Shown: positions 17,426 to 27,798 of the stretch, one piece after another
Numbering within the stretch: the stretch's first letter is position 1
Layout: every line of letters begins with the position of its first letter
DNA from: an uncultured Desulfosarcina sp.
GTDB taxonomy: Bacteria > Desulfobacterota > Desulfobacteria > Desulfobacterales > Desulfosarcinaceae
Reading direction: 5' to 3'
Length of the DNA: 64,000 nt
NCBI GenBank assembly: GCA_963674945.2
Contig: CAXXWQ010000004.1
Span: 3,008,001 to 3,072,000 of the forward strand
The notes under the pieces: model-generated
Told to the model about the DNA's origin: nothing
The model's database searches: none
What the model saw: only the letters and a program-made list of their open reading frames with translations
Made by a program: the position numbers and the translations under genes

Positions 17426-19348
17426 TTACTGCTTCCGGTAGAGGTCAAATTCTATGCCATGAAGAGCCATGGCCAATACTCTTTGATCGGGTGAGTCTGG
17501 AGATCTTGCATCCGGGAATTCAAACGCCAGCATGTTCAATTCAGATGAACTGATTACAGAGGCAGGAATATGAAAAGAGATCTTTTCCGGACGGGCTATT
17601 TCCACATCAAACAGTTTGATAAATTTCCCATTACAGGAAACCCGAATTTTCTGTCGACCGAGAGTGTGGATTGATAATTGAACCAAAACATTCTGTTCAG
17701 ATACTTCTTCGGGAAGGCTAAAATGTAAGAAAGCGTCATGCCCCGTGCTCCATCGAAACAAATTTTCCGGACCGCTCCATCCATCAAAAACCAAAAAAGG
17801 ATTGTCGACAAAAGGTAATTCCATTTCAAGCGGAACTGGTGGTAAACCCTCGATGTGCTGTTTCAGGGGCGTTTGAGATGCGCTGGAATGCAGCGAAAGA
17901 TTTTGACCTGGATGCCATTTCGCTCTGGATTTGTCCGTACCCGCTTTCAGGGGGTTTTTCTCGCTGGTGTCAAATGCAAAGAAATCTTTCGGCAGCCATA
18001 TGGCTTCGGATACCAGAAGCGCCTTCTTCTCGTCATACATATTTACGATTTCAAAGACAGTCCTGCCATCACCGTCGACGATGAAGATACGTCCCTGCAT
18101 TGAACTGGTTATGAGAATATTACCGTTTGGCAGAAATTGGTGTTTTCCCCGGATTGAAGAATAAAATTGATCAGTGTTTCCGTCATACAGGACTTCCGTT
18201 TTATAATTGTTGACATCGATACTTACGATACGGCTGTATCGTTCTCTGCCGAGGTAATGGCCAATGCGGTACTTGTCACGCGTGTTATTGTCATAAACGG
18301 TAATAAGGCCGCTTTTTTGCCAATCCGGATCATGCTGCTGTATGAAGGAACCCGCCCGCCACCATTTGATTTTCAGTGAATTTGGATCAACAACCATGAT
18401 CGCATGAAGGGCCCTCATGCTCATTAAAAGATCCCCGGGATGAAATTGCGGAAAAGCACTCTCATAGTCGACAGGCAGCACTTCAATGTCATTGAAATGC
18501 CAGGGATCATAAATCCATTCTCCAGAAATAAAGTTACGCCTTATGGACAGGAGACTACAGTCGGAATTGGCCTTCATGATATCCTGTACTTTAATGATCG
18601 TCAGCGACATACCGCTGGTTGTATCGATACGATGCAGCCGGTCATTGCCTTCAATTGCCCAGATCTTTGCGCCGCTTTCATCCTTTGATATAATGTGGTT
18701 AAAAGATCCCAGTTTAATCCACTGGACGTTGGATAAATAATCTATTTTTTGCATTCCATTTCCGGGATCACTGTCATTAAAGATCAGTGATCCGTCCGGG
18801 AAAACAGCCAGGCCCTGAGGAAAGGTCAATTGCGTGGGGATGTATGAAACTTCTTCCCTGCCTTCTTGGATCATCTTTTCATTGTATGCTTTGACCTCTT
18901 CAATAAAAGCTTCTTCATCAGGAATCCATCGATGAACCATGCGAAGGTTTTCATCGAGAAGTATTGCGCCATGTATGTGCGTTTCAAAATCAAAAGCACC
19001 CCATATTAAAAGATAGCCGGGAGGAAAAGTGTTTTTGCGATCTGCAAACACCAAAGGCAGAGCACGTCTTTTTTTTAATCCCTCTATTGGCAACGGCTGA
19101 TACACTCTATTTTCATTGAGGGAGGCGTTTTCCATCAAACGATCAGGCCGTATTCCCATATCGTTGGCAAGCTTTTCTCCAATGGATTTTTCATCTGATT
19201 CTCCACCCCGGACAAAGGCAGCCACCTCATCACAGATTTCTTTTATTTTTGCCCCCGGGTATGTTTCATAGGCACCGGCAGAAAATCCCCACCAGAAGAA
19301 AGCGACGCATAGTAAGAATATGCCGGAAATAATACTCAGATATTTCAT
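17426..19348 (-). CDS. Arylsulfotransferase (ASST-like) with C-terminal beta-sandwich domain
   Basis: N-terminal membrane anchor; FNHII, WHFNDIE, LLMSMR, QQHDPDW, YDNN, SSIRGKHQFLPNGNILIT; C-terminal GWSGPE..RWS...DQRVLAMAL domain. Confidence 0.72.
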   Translation of the reverse strand: MKYLSIISGIFLLCVAFFWWGFSAGAYETYPGAKIKEICDEVAAFVRGGESDEKSIGEKLANDMGIRPDRLMENASLNENRVYQPLPIEGLKKRRALPLVFADRKNTFPPGYLLIWGAFDFETHIHGAILLDENLRMVHRWIPDEEAFIEEVKAYNEKMIQEGREEVSYIPTQLTFPQGLAVFPDGSLIFNDSDPGNGMQKIDYLSNVQWIKLGSFNHIISKDESGAKIWAIEGNDRLHRIDTTSGMSLTIIKVQDIMKANSDCSLLSIRRNFISGEWIYDPWHFNDIEVLPVDYESAFPQFHPGDLLMSMRALHAIMVVDPNSLKIKWWRAGSFIQQHDPDWQKSGLITVYDNNTRDKYRIGHYLGRERYSRIVSIDVNNYKTEVLYDGNTDQFYSSIRGKHQFLPNGNILITSSMQGRIFIVDGDGRTVFEIVNMYDEKKALLVSEAIWLPKDFFAFDTSEKNPLKAGTDKSRAKWHPGQNLSLHSSASQTPLKQHIEGLPPVPLEMELPFVDNPFLVFDGWSGPENLFRWSTGHDAFLHFSLPEEVSEQNVLVQLSIHTLGRQKIRVSCNGKFIKLFDVEIARPEKISFHIPASVISSSELNMLAFEFPDARSPDSPDQRVLAMALHGIEFDLYRKQ

Positions 19349-19951
19349 TGTCCCATCACTATACGCTTTTCAAAATGAACATTCAGTCGTTTCTGTCTCA
19401 GTCATCCACCCCACAAAAAGGGAAATTTTAAAAAACGTTGGTTGCTGCTGGAAACTCCGGAAAAGAGTTGAATTTGCTATTTTTGTGCTCAAATATGTCA
19501 AACTGATCCTTGTGTGTCAATACCACCATTACCACAGGATGTTGTGTAATTCCCAATTGAGTGAGTCGCCCTTGCAAACCCATGGTTGTCTGGTCGGAAA
19601 AATCAATATTCCGGCCTTGCCAAAAAACGAAGATAGACGAAACTGGGGCGAACCGTATTTTCCTTCTGTATTGTGCGATAACGATTGTCTATGTGGGCGG
19701 CAAATTAAACAGAATCCTGCCAACAATGCAAGTGCAAGAATGAAGCATCGGTTTGAACCTATCGAAACGTCAGCTTGTCTTCCGACGGGTTTTCATGAGC
19801 CCAGGCGCAAAACATGCATCCATCCTTTTTGTGCACAATCAAGCAGATGCCTTTCTGTTCTTTCACATGGAATTGCGGTTCATCAGGATAATGGTTTGAG
19901 CACATCGATTTTTTTTGATATTTGTATATGGGCAGTTTCATCGATGAAAGA

Positions 19952-21679
19952 ATGATATTAGAAAATACCTTAAATAACAAGCAGATACAATTGCACTTTT
20001 TACTCTACACGAAGATCGGCGAAGACACGGTACAAAAAAGCCTCGGATTGCCCGAATACAGTTACTACTTCGTCTACAAAGGGTTCAAGGATGTCTTCGC
20101 ATCCCTTGGAACGGTGACCTCCGTTCATTCGGAATACGAAATTATCGATACCTATGATCGACTGGCATCCCAGAACAAAGACTGTACTGTCGTATTTTTC
20201 TGTCCCCCCCACGTGGCACCCGACATCCATCCGCGAAAGGCCTTTTGCGTGTTGGCCTGGGAGTTCGATACGATTCCCAATGAAATATGGAATGACGATC
20301 CAAGAAACGATTGGCGTCATGTTTTCAACCGGCATCTGGGCCTGATCTGTCTCTCTTCCCATACCCGAGACGTCGTCCAAAAAGCCATGGGACCGGATTT
20401 CCCGGTTCTGCACGCACCGGTACCGGTATGGGAACAATTTTCATCGAAAACGTTGCCGGAGGGAAAGGAAAGGGGGTTGGATCCACTGACTCTTGACGTC
20501 GCCGGAATTGTGATCGACAACTGGTCCTACCGGATTACACCGGAGTGGTTTCAAATTGAAAAGGACGACAACCTGGCTTTTTTACCATCATGGAATGGGA
20601 ATAAAATCGAGCTGGTTTTCACCGATGAACACGTGGACAGCGAGTTGTTGGGCGGGTTTTTCCAGGCGGAATCATGGGGAACGTGGTCGCGACTGGCAAA
20701 CCCTTGGATCTTCCTTGAATGTTTGGTTCACGGTGATTTCAACCTTTCCCTTACCCTTCGCGGCTTCGGACCGTCCATCGGAAAAACGCTGACCATTGAC
20801 ATTGGCGGGGTAAAGCGCCACCTGGTATTACAGGAAGCGTCCACGACCTACACCTTACGTTTCGAAGATGTGCCGCCGAGCCATTTGATTCAGATTTCAG
20901 GGATCGATACGACACCCCATGGGTTCACCCAAGATCCGCGGACCATGGCCGTCGGCATCGAATCCTTGACCTTTTCGGGACGCAACAACGGTGAAACAAC
21001 ACCCGGGCGCACGGAAAAATTGATCCGGATTGATCTGTCCGGTGTTATTTACACGACGGTATTCAACCCGGCTGATGCCAGAAAACGGTGGGAGGATATT
21101 GTCAGCGCATTTTGCTATGCGCTCAGGGACAACGGAGAAGCGACCCTGATTCTCAAAATCACTCATCATGATAGCAAATCCATCATGGGACGGTTACACT
21201 TCCTCATGGAAAAAATCGGTGCGGTGAAATGCAGGGTCATCGCGATTCACGGGTTTCTGCCCGACGAAAATTTCTTAAAGCTGATCCATGCCACAACTTA
21301 CTATGTGAATGCCTCTTCCGGGGAAGGCCTGTGTCTGCCTTTGATGGAGCATATGGCCTGCGGGATTCCCGCCATTGCTCCGAAACATACGGCAATGGCC
21401 GATTATGTGGACGAAAAGTCTTCCTTTTTATTGTCTTTTTCCAGAGAACTGGATATCTGGCCACATGATATGAGAGAGAAGAAGAGAGCCATCAGTTTTC
21501 GGGTAAACTGGGTCTCTTTGGTGGAACAATTCAGAAGAAGCTTCGACTGTGCCAAGAACGATGATGCTGCGTATCGGAAAAAGGCATCTTGTTCCAAGGA
21601 AAAGTTGCGGTCTTTTTGCAGCGGGAAACGAGTAAGGGAAAAGGTTAATTCTTTTCTACAGGATACAAACAGGCCATAA
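19952..21679 (+). CDS. Glycosyltransferase (GT-B fold) with an inserted domain
   Basis: LGLPEYSYYFV, AWEFDTIP, VFNPADARKRW, YVNASSGEGLCLPLMEHMACG. Exact start uncertain (19928 or 19952). Confidence 0.82.
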   Translation: MILENTLNNKQIQLHFLLYTKIGEDTVQKSLGLPEYSYYFVYKGFKDVFASLGTVTSVHSEYEIIDTYDRLASQNKDCTVVFFCPPHVAPDIHPRKAFCVLAWEFDTIPNEIWNDDPRNDWRHVFNRHLGLICLSSHTRDVVQKAMGPDFPVLHAPVPVWEQFSSKTLPEGKERGLDPLTLDVAGIVIDNWSYRITPEWFQIEKDDNLAFLPSWNGNKIELVFTDEHVDSELLGGFFQAESWGTWSRLANPWIFLECLVHGDFNLSLTLRGFGPSIGKTLTIDIGGVKRHLVLQEASTTYTLRFEDVPPSHLIQISGIDTTPHGFTQDPRTMAVGIESLTFSGRNNGETTPGRTEKLIRIDLSGVIYTTVFNPADARKRWEDIVSAFCYALRDNGEATLILKITHHDSKSIMGRLHFLMEKIGAVKCRVIAIHGFLPDENFLKLIHATTYYVNASSGEGLCLPLMEHMACGIPAIAPKHTAMADYVDEKSSFLLSFSRELDIWPHDMREKKRAISFRVNWVSLVEQFRRSFDCAKNDDAAYRKKASCSKEKLRSFCSGKRVREKVNSFLQDTNRP

Positions 21680-21750
21680 GGTCGTATACGAAAACAGCCC
21701 GACAAATTGAGAGGTTTTTCCGGCGCTGCCGGTTGGAACGAAAAGCGATT

Positions 21751-23211
21751 ATGGTTTTTATTGTTTACGCGGAGCTTAAGAGTCACACCATTGGCAATTC
21801 TCTGGGTGTTGCAGACTATAGTTATCATTTTGTCTTGAAGCTGTTTGCCGACGTCCTGAAGAAATACGGGCAGGTCGTCGAAGTGGGGAGTGTAACACCG
21901 ACGGTCGACCGGCTTTACAAACTGGCACGGGCGCTTGGCCAATCATGCGTGTTTCTCTCCTTTACACCTCCCCACAAAACCACAAAAGACCTGTCGTGTC
22001 CCACGATTCCGGTGTTTGCCTGGGAGTACAATACAATCCCCAATGAGTCATGGGGAAAAGATGAGAAAAATAACTGGGCAAAGGAACTCGAAGCCTACCC
22101 CGTGGCCATCACCCATTCTTGCCAGACCTGTGAGGCCGTCAAACAGGCGGTAGCGGAATCGTTTCCCATTTTCAGCATTCCTGCACCGGTCTGGGATCAT
22201 TTTGAAAAATACTACGATGCAGACAGGCCCGCCTACCATGAACAGCCGGTGCGGTTGCGGATAAAGGGATGGGTCATCGATTCGGCCGCATCGAATGGTG
22301 AGATCCGCTGGAAAGATGCCGTACGGGGCAAGCATTCGATCCTTCTTTCCGGTGTGGTCTATTGTTCCGTTTTTAACCCCAATGATGGTCGAAAAAACTG
22401 GGAAGCCCTCGTACAGGCCTTTTGTTGGGCTTTTAAAGAATGTTCCGATGCAACCTTGGTCTTGAAACTGACCCATACCGACCCGGCATTCAGTCTGAAC
22501 ATCCTTTCGACCGAGTTGAACAGACTCATGCCCTTTTCCTGCCGTGTCGTTTTCATTCACGGTTATCTGAACAAAAGGGAATATAAGAATTTAATCCAGG
22601 CAAGCATTTACGTGGTAAATTCATCCTTTGGAGAGGGGCAGTGTCTGCCACTCATGGAGTTCATGTCCGCCGGCCGCCCGGCCATCGCTCCGGATCACAG
22701 CGGCATGGCCGATTATATCCGCCCGGCCAACAGCTTCGTGGTTCAATCCAGCGACGAGTGGACCCATTGGCCCCACGACCCCCGGGTCCTTTTTCGAACC
22801 TTTCGGCGGCGGATCGATTGGGGAAATCTTCACGACAGTTATCTTTCAAGTTACGAAGAGGCCAAATTCCGAAAAGACGAATATGGGAAACGATCCGCAC
22901 AGGCCAGATCGGACCTTCAAAAGCATTGTTCTCAACAGGTTGCCCTGCAGCAGATCGAAACGGTGGTTGCCCTTTGCAAACAACGATACCCGGAAGGCTT
23001 TTCTGGCAAGCCCGTTTCCGGCGTGTCTCTCGTTTATGCGGCGATCTGGTGGGTCGTCGGTCGCGTGGGAATAGGAGCGGTGTTCGCGGTGTTGGGCTCC
23101 GAGCCGGTGCATCGGTTTCGAAGGTATTGCCGACGCATGGCCGCAAATTTTATCCATCGTATGAGAGATGGAAAGGCACGGGCTCTGCAAAAAATAAAAC
23201 GGTCACTGTAA
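21751..23211 (+). CDS. Glycosyltransferase (GT-B fold), paralog of the upstream gene
   Basis: LGVADYSYHFV, AWEYNTIP, VFNPNDGRKNW, EGQCLPLMEFM. Confidence 0.82.
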   Translation: MVFIVYAELKSHTIGNSLGVADYSYHFVLKLFADVLKKYGQVVEVGSVTPTVDRLYKLARALGQSCVFLSFTPPHKTTKDLSCPTIPVFAWEYNTIPNESWGKDEKNNWAKELEAYPVAITHSCQTCEAVKQAVAESFPIFSIPAPVWDHFEKYYDADRPAYHEQPVRLRIKGWVIDSAASNGEIRWKDAVRGKHSILLSGVVYCSVFNPNDGRKNWEALVQAFCWAFKECSDATLVLKLTHTDPAFSLNILSTELNRLMPFSCRVVFIHGYLNKREYKNLIQASIYVVNSSFGEGQCLPLMEFMSAGRPAIAPDHSGMADYIRPANSFVVQSSDEWTHWPHDPRVLFRTFRRRIDWGNLHDSYLSSYEEAKFRKDEYGKRSAQARSDLQKHCSQQVALQQIETVVALCKQRYPEGFSGKPVSGVSLVYAAIWWVVGRVGIGAVFAVLGSEPVHRFRRYCRRMAANFIHRMRDGKARALQKIKRSL

Positions 23212-23217
23212 TCTGTA

Positions 23218-24363
23218 TTATTGGTTGCTTGCTGCCAAGGCCATCCGGTAGGCTGACACCGTCTTTTCCGCACACCGTTGCCAGGTGAATTGAGAAGCTT
23301 GCACAAACCCTTTTTTTTGGAGTGAGAACCAATGATTGTTGTCCTCTATCAGGCGGACCATGGCCTGACGATACGCGTTTGTGTCGTCCAGTTCGATAAT
23401 TTCTGCGGCCGATCCGGCCACCTCCGGCAAGGAGGCCCGGTTTGAGGTGATAACCGGCAGGCCCGATGCCATGGCTTCTACGACCGGCAGCCCGAAACCT
23501 TCATAAATGGATGGATAGACCATCATTTTGGCGCCACTTGTGACCGCTGCAAGGGTTTCGTCGTTGAGATACCCCATCACGCGAACCGTTCCTTCACTGA
23601 TACCCGCTCTGAGTTCGGTGGAAAATTGATCGTAGCGCCATCCGGCCATACCGACAAGCACCAGCGGATATTCGCGACGCATGGATTCGGTCATTCGTTG
23701 GTGTGCCCTCAGGGTAAAGGAGAGATTCTTTCTCGGTTCCAATGTGCCGATGGAAAGGATGTACTTATGATATCGTAGTCCCAATTTTATCAGATAAGGC
23801 TCGACCTCGAGTTTTTCACGGGGTCTGAAATGATTGGACACGCCCAAGGGGGCGACCACGATTTTTTCTTGGGACACCCCATAATGGGAGACGACCTCTT
23901 GGGCAATAAATTTTGAATCCACCAAAATCGTTTTTGACCGACGAATACCGTTGAGGCAGGTGCGTTCGATCTCTTTGAGCCGGTTTTTCGGCTGCGTTTC
24001 CGGATAGTGGATATGGGTGAGGTCATGCAGTGTCATGACGTTGGGAACGTCGCTTGTAAGTGGCCACAGACTCGGCTCGTGATAGATGTCGGGTTGGACG
24101 TTTTTGCTCAGTCGGGTAAAGCGCTTTTGCATCAGATAGCGACGGGCCTGGTAGGCCACGGGCAACCAATCCCGGATCAACGTTACGAAACGGCCGCCGT
24201 TGGCTTCACTCATTTGGGATAGATCTTCTCGGAGGCCAAAACCGTCGAACAGGTGTACTTCCAAGTTCGGTTGCCGGGAAAGACACTTGGCCAGTTCCCA
24301 GGTGTATTGACCGATCCCCGTGCGAAGAACGCGCAGAACGGATACGTTCAACAGCACTTTCAT
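23218..24363 (-). CDS. GT4 glycosyltransferase
   Basis: [38 protein letters not shown]. Confidence 0.9.
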   Translation of the reverse strand: MKVLLNVSVLRVLRTGIGQYTWELAKCLSRQPNLEVHLFDGFGLREDLSQMSEANGGRFVTLIRDWLPVAYQARRYLMQKRFTRLSKNVQPDIYHEPSLWPLTSDVPNVMTLHDLTHIHYPETQPKNRLKEIERTCLNGIRRSKTILVDSKFIAQEVVSHYGVSQEKIVVAPLGVSNHFRPREKLEVEPYLIKLGLRYHKYILSIGTLEPRKNLSFTLRAHQRMTESMRREYPLVLVGMAGWRYDQFSTELRAGISEGTVRVMGYLNDETLAAVTSGAKMMVYPSIYEGFGLPVVEAMASGLPVITSNRASLPEVAGSAAEIIELDDTNAYRQAMVRLIEDNNHWFSLQKKGFVQASQFTWQRCAEKTVSAYRMALAASNQ

Positions 24364-25715
24364 GGCGCAATTCGCGAAGCGTTACGGGGCTTGTCGAGGT
24401 TTTCTTTGACACGGTCCAGCAAAAGGTCTGCCGACTCTTTCCAACTAAGCCATTTCCAGGATTTCAGCTTCTCTTTTTCTTTTTCAAAGTCAAGGGATTC
24501 GAAGGTCTTTACGGTTTGGCACAAACTGGCAGGGTCCGTAAGATCGAAATAGAATGCAAGATCTCCGGCTATTTCACGAAAGACCGGTATGTCGCTGGCA
24601 AGAACCGGCAGACCGTAGCTGAAAGACTCGATAAGGGGCAGACCAAAACCCTCGATGAAGGAAGAAAAGATCAGTGCCTTGGATGCCTGATAACAATGGG
24701 CCAGATCATTATCCGAAAGACCGCTTAACAAAAACAGGCGACGTTCTCTTTGGGGGTGGGTTTCGATTCGTTTGATTATGGATTCATACTTCCATCCCAT
24801 TTTTCCGACGATACAAAGGGAAATATCCCGGCCATCGGCCCACAATCGATCAAATGCATCAATCACATAGGCATGATTTTTTCGTGGTTCGATGGTTCCC
24901 ACCATCAGGTACACCGGCCTTTTCGAGGCAAATACTTCTCGCACCTCAGGCGATATGGGAGCATCCATGTCTACGAGATCCAACGCAGCACCATTGTAAA
25001 AATGATCATACCAGCGTTTTTGGTATACCGATGCTTTCGAACGCAATCGATCGAACCGACGTACTTGATCGGAAGTACTGTTGGAGACACAAATGAAACC
25101 ATCGGCGAGTTTGGCAACCTTATCAAACCAGGCTCCAAAATCCCGAACCAGTTTGTCGTCGAAGAATTGAGGATGGGAAAGGGGAATCAAATCGTGGACG
25201 AGCCCGACGACCTTGACGCCCTTTGATTTCAATGCCTCGATGTTTTTAAAGAAGTTGAAGTGCCATGAGGAATCGAGCAAAACAATCACATCATGGGGTT
25301 TTACTTCCAAATGTTCTAAACGTGTATAGTCGATCCAAAACCGGGTCACCGCAACCACCACCGCCAATGGAATGATATAGATGAGGCTGAACAGACGAAA
25401 AACAATGAACAGCAGACGACGAAGGTTCCGTGAATGTACGAATGGTTTTTTCCGTTTCAGCGTTTCATGACGGAGCCAGTATTGCACTCGGCGTTTCTGT
25501 GCCCAGTTTCTCAATCGGGCAATCCACCCGCTGGAACCTGCGATTTTCAGGTCGGTGACCCGAAACGCCTTACCCCGTTTGAACGCGATGGGAATACACG
25601 CTTCCTCTCTGGTCAGGTTGGGAAGGTTGTTGATGATATTGCGCACAACCCGTTGAATCCCGGCGTTCTCATCGGGATGGTCGAAGACATAGGTACATTC
25701 GAGTAAAAATCTCAT
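24360..25715 (-). CDS. GT4 glycosyltransferase
   Basis: AGIQRVVR, VHDLIPL, GTIEPRKNH, EGFGLPLIE, SDIPVFREI. Confidence 0.9.
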   Translation of the reverse strand: MRFLLECTYVFDHPDENAGIQRVVRNIINNLPNLTREEACIPIAFKRGKAFRVTDLKIAGSSGWIARLRNWAQKRRVQYWLRHETLKRKKPFVHSRNLRRLLFIVFRLFSLIYIIPLAVVVAVTRFWIDYTRLEHLEVKPHDVIVLLDSSWHFNFFKNIEALKSKGVKVVGLVHDLIPLSHPQFFDDKLVRDFGAWFDKVAKLADGFICVSNSTSDQVRRFDRLRSKASVYQKRWYDHFYNGAALDLVDMDAPISPEVREVFASKRPVYLMVGTIEPRKNHAYVIDAFDRLWADGRDISLCIVGKMGWKYESIIKRIETHPQRERRLFLLSGLSDNDLAHCYQASKALIFSSFIEGFGLPLIESFSYGLPVLASDIPVFREIAGDLAFYFDLTDPASLCQTVKTFESLDFEKEKEKLKSWKWLSWKESADLLLDRVKENLDKPRNASRIAP

Positions 25716-25743
25716 ATTGAACTGGTGAAATCCATTTTAATGA

Positions 25744-26970
25744 TCATGAGAATCGATCGATCTGAACAGATGAATCCAAATAATTGCACCCGACAAAATC
25801 CACTTTATTAAAATTTACCACATGAAAGATCAAGGCACGATCGATCCACTGGTAGTTCGTATCCAAGTGGGAGTCAAACCGGGACGCCGATAAGGAGATC
25901 GAGTAATTTCCCTTGCCCAGGTTGGCGTCGAAGGAGAATCGAAAGGCAATGCGTTCTCCGGCCGAAAGGTTTACCAGCGCCTTGTCCACACGGTGCGTAT
26001 TGATGCCGTAAATGGGTTGGCCCAAATGGTCTTTGATTAAAAAACCCAGCACCAGGCGGGAAATCTTTTGATTGACCACCATATCAACCTTTAGCATCAC
26101 AGGTTGGCCAACCGAGATCGATTCGCGGCTTCGCCCCTCCTCGTCCAACAGTTGGACCGATTCGAAGGTCGCCTCCCCGGTCCCGGAAACGGTTTGTAAA
26201 GATCCGTCGCTCAAGATGTTTTGTTTGATCTGCTGATGCTGGCGCTCGGCCAGCATGGCGTTGTAATAATCCAAGACCTCATCCGGTTGTCCCTGTGATT
26301 CAACTTTTCCTTTATGGAGCAAAATCGCGCGGTCGCAGATGGATTGGATGGCGGAATGATTGTGACTCACGATTAACAACGTCGTCCCCTTTTCCCGGAA
26401 CCGGCGAATTCGGTCGAAGCTTTTGTGTTGAAAATAAGCGTCTCCCACGGACAAGGCCTCATCGACAATCAACAAGTCGGGCCGTCTTGCGGTGGCCAGG
26501 CTAAATGCCAGCCGAACCTGCATTCCGCTGGAATAGGTTCGAATGGGCTTGTCGATATATTCGCCGATTTCCGCAAAGTCTTCAATGGCGGGCAACAACG
26601 CCGCAACGTCTTCCGTAGTCAAACCGAGCAATGGCGCTGTCATCGTGACATTTTGACGACCGGTGAATTCGGGGTGAAATCCCATTCCCAACTCGAGCAG
26701 CGCCGCAATCCGGCCATCGACGACCACTCGTCCTGTAGTGGGTCGCGTGATGCCGGTAATGATTTTGAGAAGTGTGCTTTTTCCCGCGCCATTGATGCCA
26801 ACGATGCCGACGGCCTCTCCGGCGTTCAAAGAAAACGTCACATTTTCAAGCACCCATTTTTTTCGGTGTCTCTCCTTGGAAAAGGGAAGAATCCATTCCA
26901 AAAGCCGCGCCTGTCGGGATGGATATTGCTTATAGGCCTTACCCAGGTTTTCGATTCGAATACTGCTCAT
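25744..26970 (-). CDS. wzt: Polysaccharide ABC transporter ATP-binding protein with C-terminal Wzt_C domain
   Basis: GINGAGKST, LLELGMGF, YSSGMQVRLAF, VDEALSVGDAYFQHK; ~150-aa C-terminal extension. Confidence 0.93.
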   Translation of the reverse strand: MSSIRIENLGKAYKQYPSRQARLLEWILPFSKERHRKKWVLENVTFSLNAGEAVGIVGINGAGKSTLLKIITGITRPTTGRVVVDGRIAALLELGMGFHPEFTGRQNVTMTAPLLGLTTEDVAALLPAIEDFAEIGEYIDKPIRTYSSGMQVRLAFSLATARRPDLLIVDEALSVGDAYFQHKSFDRIRRFREKGTTLLIVSHNHSAIQSICDRAILLHKGKVESQGQPDEVLDYYNAMLAERQHQQIKQNILSDGSLQTVSGTGEATFESVQLLDEEGRSRESISVGQPVMLKVDMVVNQKISRLVLGFLIKDHLGQPIYGINTHRVDKALVNLSAGERIAFRFSFDANLGKGNYSISLSASRFDSHLDTNYQWIDRALIFHVVNFNKVDFVGCNYLDSSVQIDRFS

Positions 26971-27758
26971 CAGAGTTCATCCACGATGTCGACGGAACAT
27001 CTTCGATACAGAAAAATGGCACAGGTCACCAAAACAGTCGCCGCGACCATCGTGGGGGCAAGGGATGGCCATCGGGGCCAGGAACCGGAAACAAACAGTC
27101 CCTGGTAGGCCTCCACCAGCGGGGTAACCGGATTTAGTCGAATGATCTTCTGGATCCTGTCCGGAAGAACGGAAAGGGGGTAGACAATGGGCGTGAGCCA
27201 GAACCAGAACTGAAACACGATACCGAACAATTGGCCAACGTCGCGAAAAAAAACATTGAGCACCCCGAGAATGATTCCCAGTCCCGTGGCCAGGCATATC
27301 TGAAGAAGGAACAACGGGGCGATGGCAAGCAGGGATACGCCGATGTTGCCATTTGAAACAACCAGAAACAAGAGTATGATCACAAGCATGATGGAAAAGC
27401 TGATACCGGCGGAGAGCACGACAATGATGGGAAGACAGATCCGGGGAAAGGACATCTTTCGAATCAGATCGGAATTTTCGATAAACACGTTTTGGCATCG
27501 GTTGGAGATCTCGGTAAACGTGCTCCAGCACAGTATCCCGGCGCAAAGATAAATACCATAGCCCAATGTGTTTTCGACGCCCGGAAGCCGGGCTCTCATG
27601 ATGCGGGAGAAAACGACCGTATAGATGAAGACCATGGATAACGGGTGGAGCACGGCCCAGGCGGTTCCCAGAAAAGAGGTCTGATACCGAATCTTGAATT
27701 CCCGGGCAACCGACCCGGAGATAAAGCCCCGATATTGCCATATGGCAGATAGATTCAT
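26970..27758 (-). CDS. wzm: Polysaccharide ABC transporter permease
   Basis: REFKIRYQTSFLGTAWAVLHPL, FFRDVGQ, WFWLTPIVYP, LNPV; coupled to wzt. Confidence 0.93.
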   Translation of the reverse strand: MNLSAIWQYRGFISGSVAREFKIRYQTSFLGTAWAVLHPLSMVFIYTVVFSRIMRARLPGVENTLGYGIYLCAGILCWSTFTEISNRCQNVFIENSDLIRKMSFPRICLPIIVVLSAGISFSIMLVIILLFLVVSNGNIGVSLLAIAPLFLLQICLATGLGIILGVLNVFFRDVGQLFGIVFQFWFWLTPIVYPLSVLPDRIQKIIRLNPVTPLVEAYQGLFVSGSWPRWPSLAPTMVAATVLVTCAIFLYRRCSVDIVDEL

Positions 27759-27798
27759 ATCAATTTTCCACCCTCTTACGAAAACGGAAGGCTTCGTT

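Noticed and set aside
19320..19955. 211-aa ORF across the divergent intergenic region
   Set aside because: No motifs, Cys/His-rich random-like composition, overlaps both neighbours.
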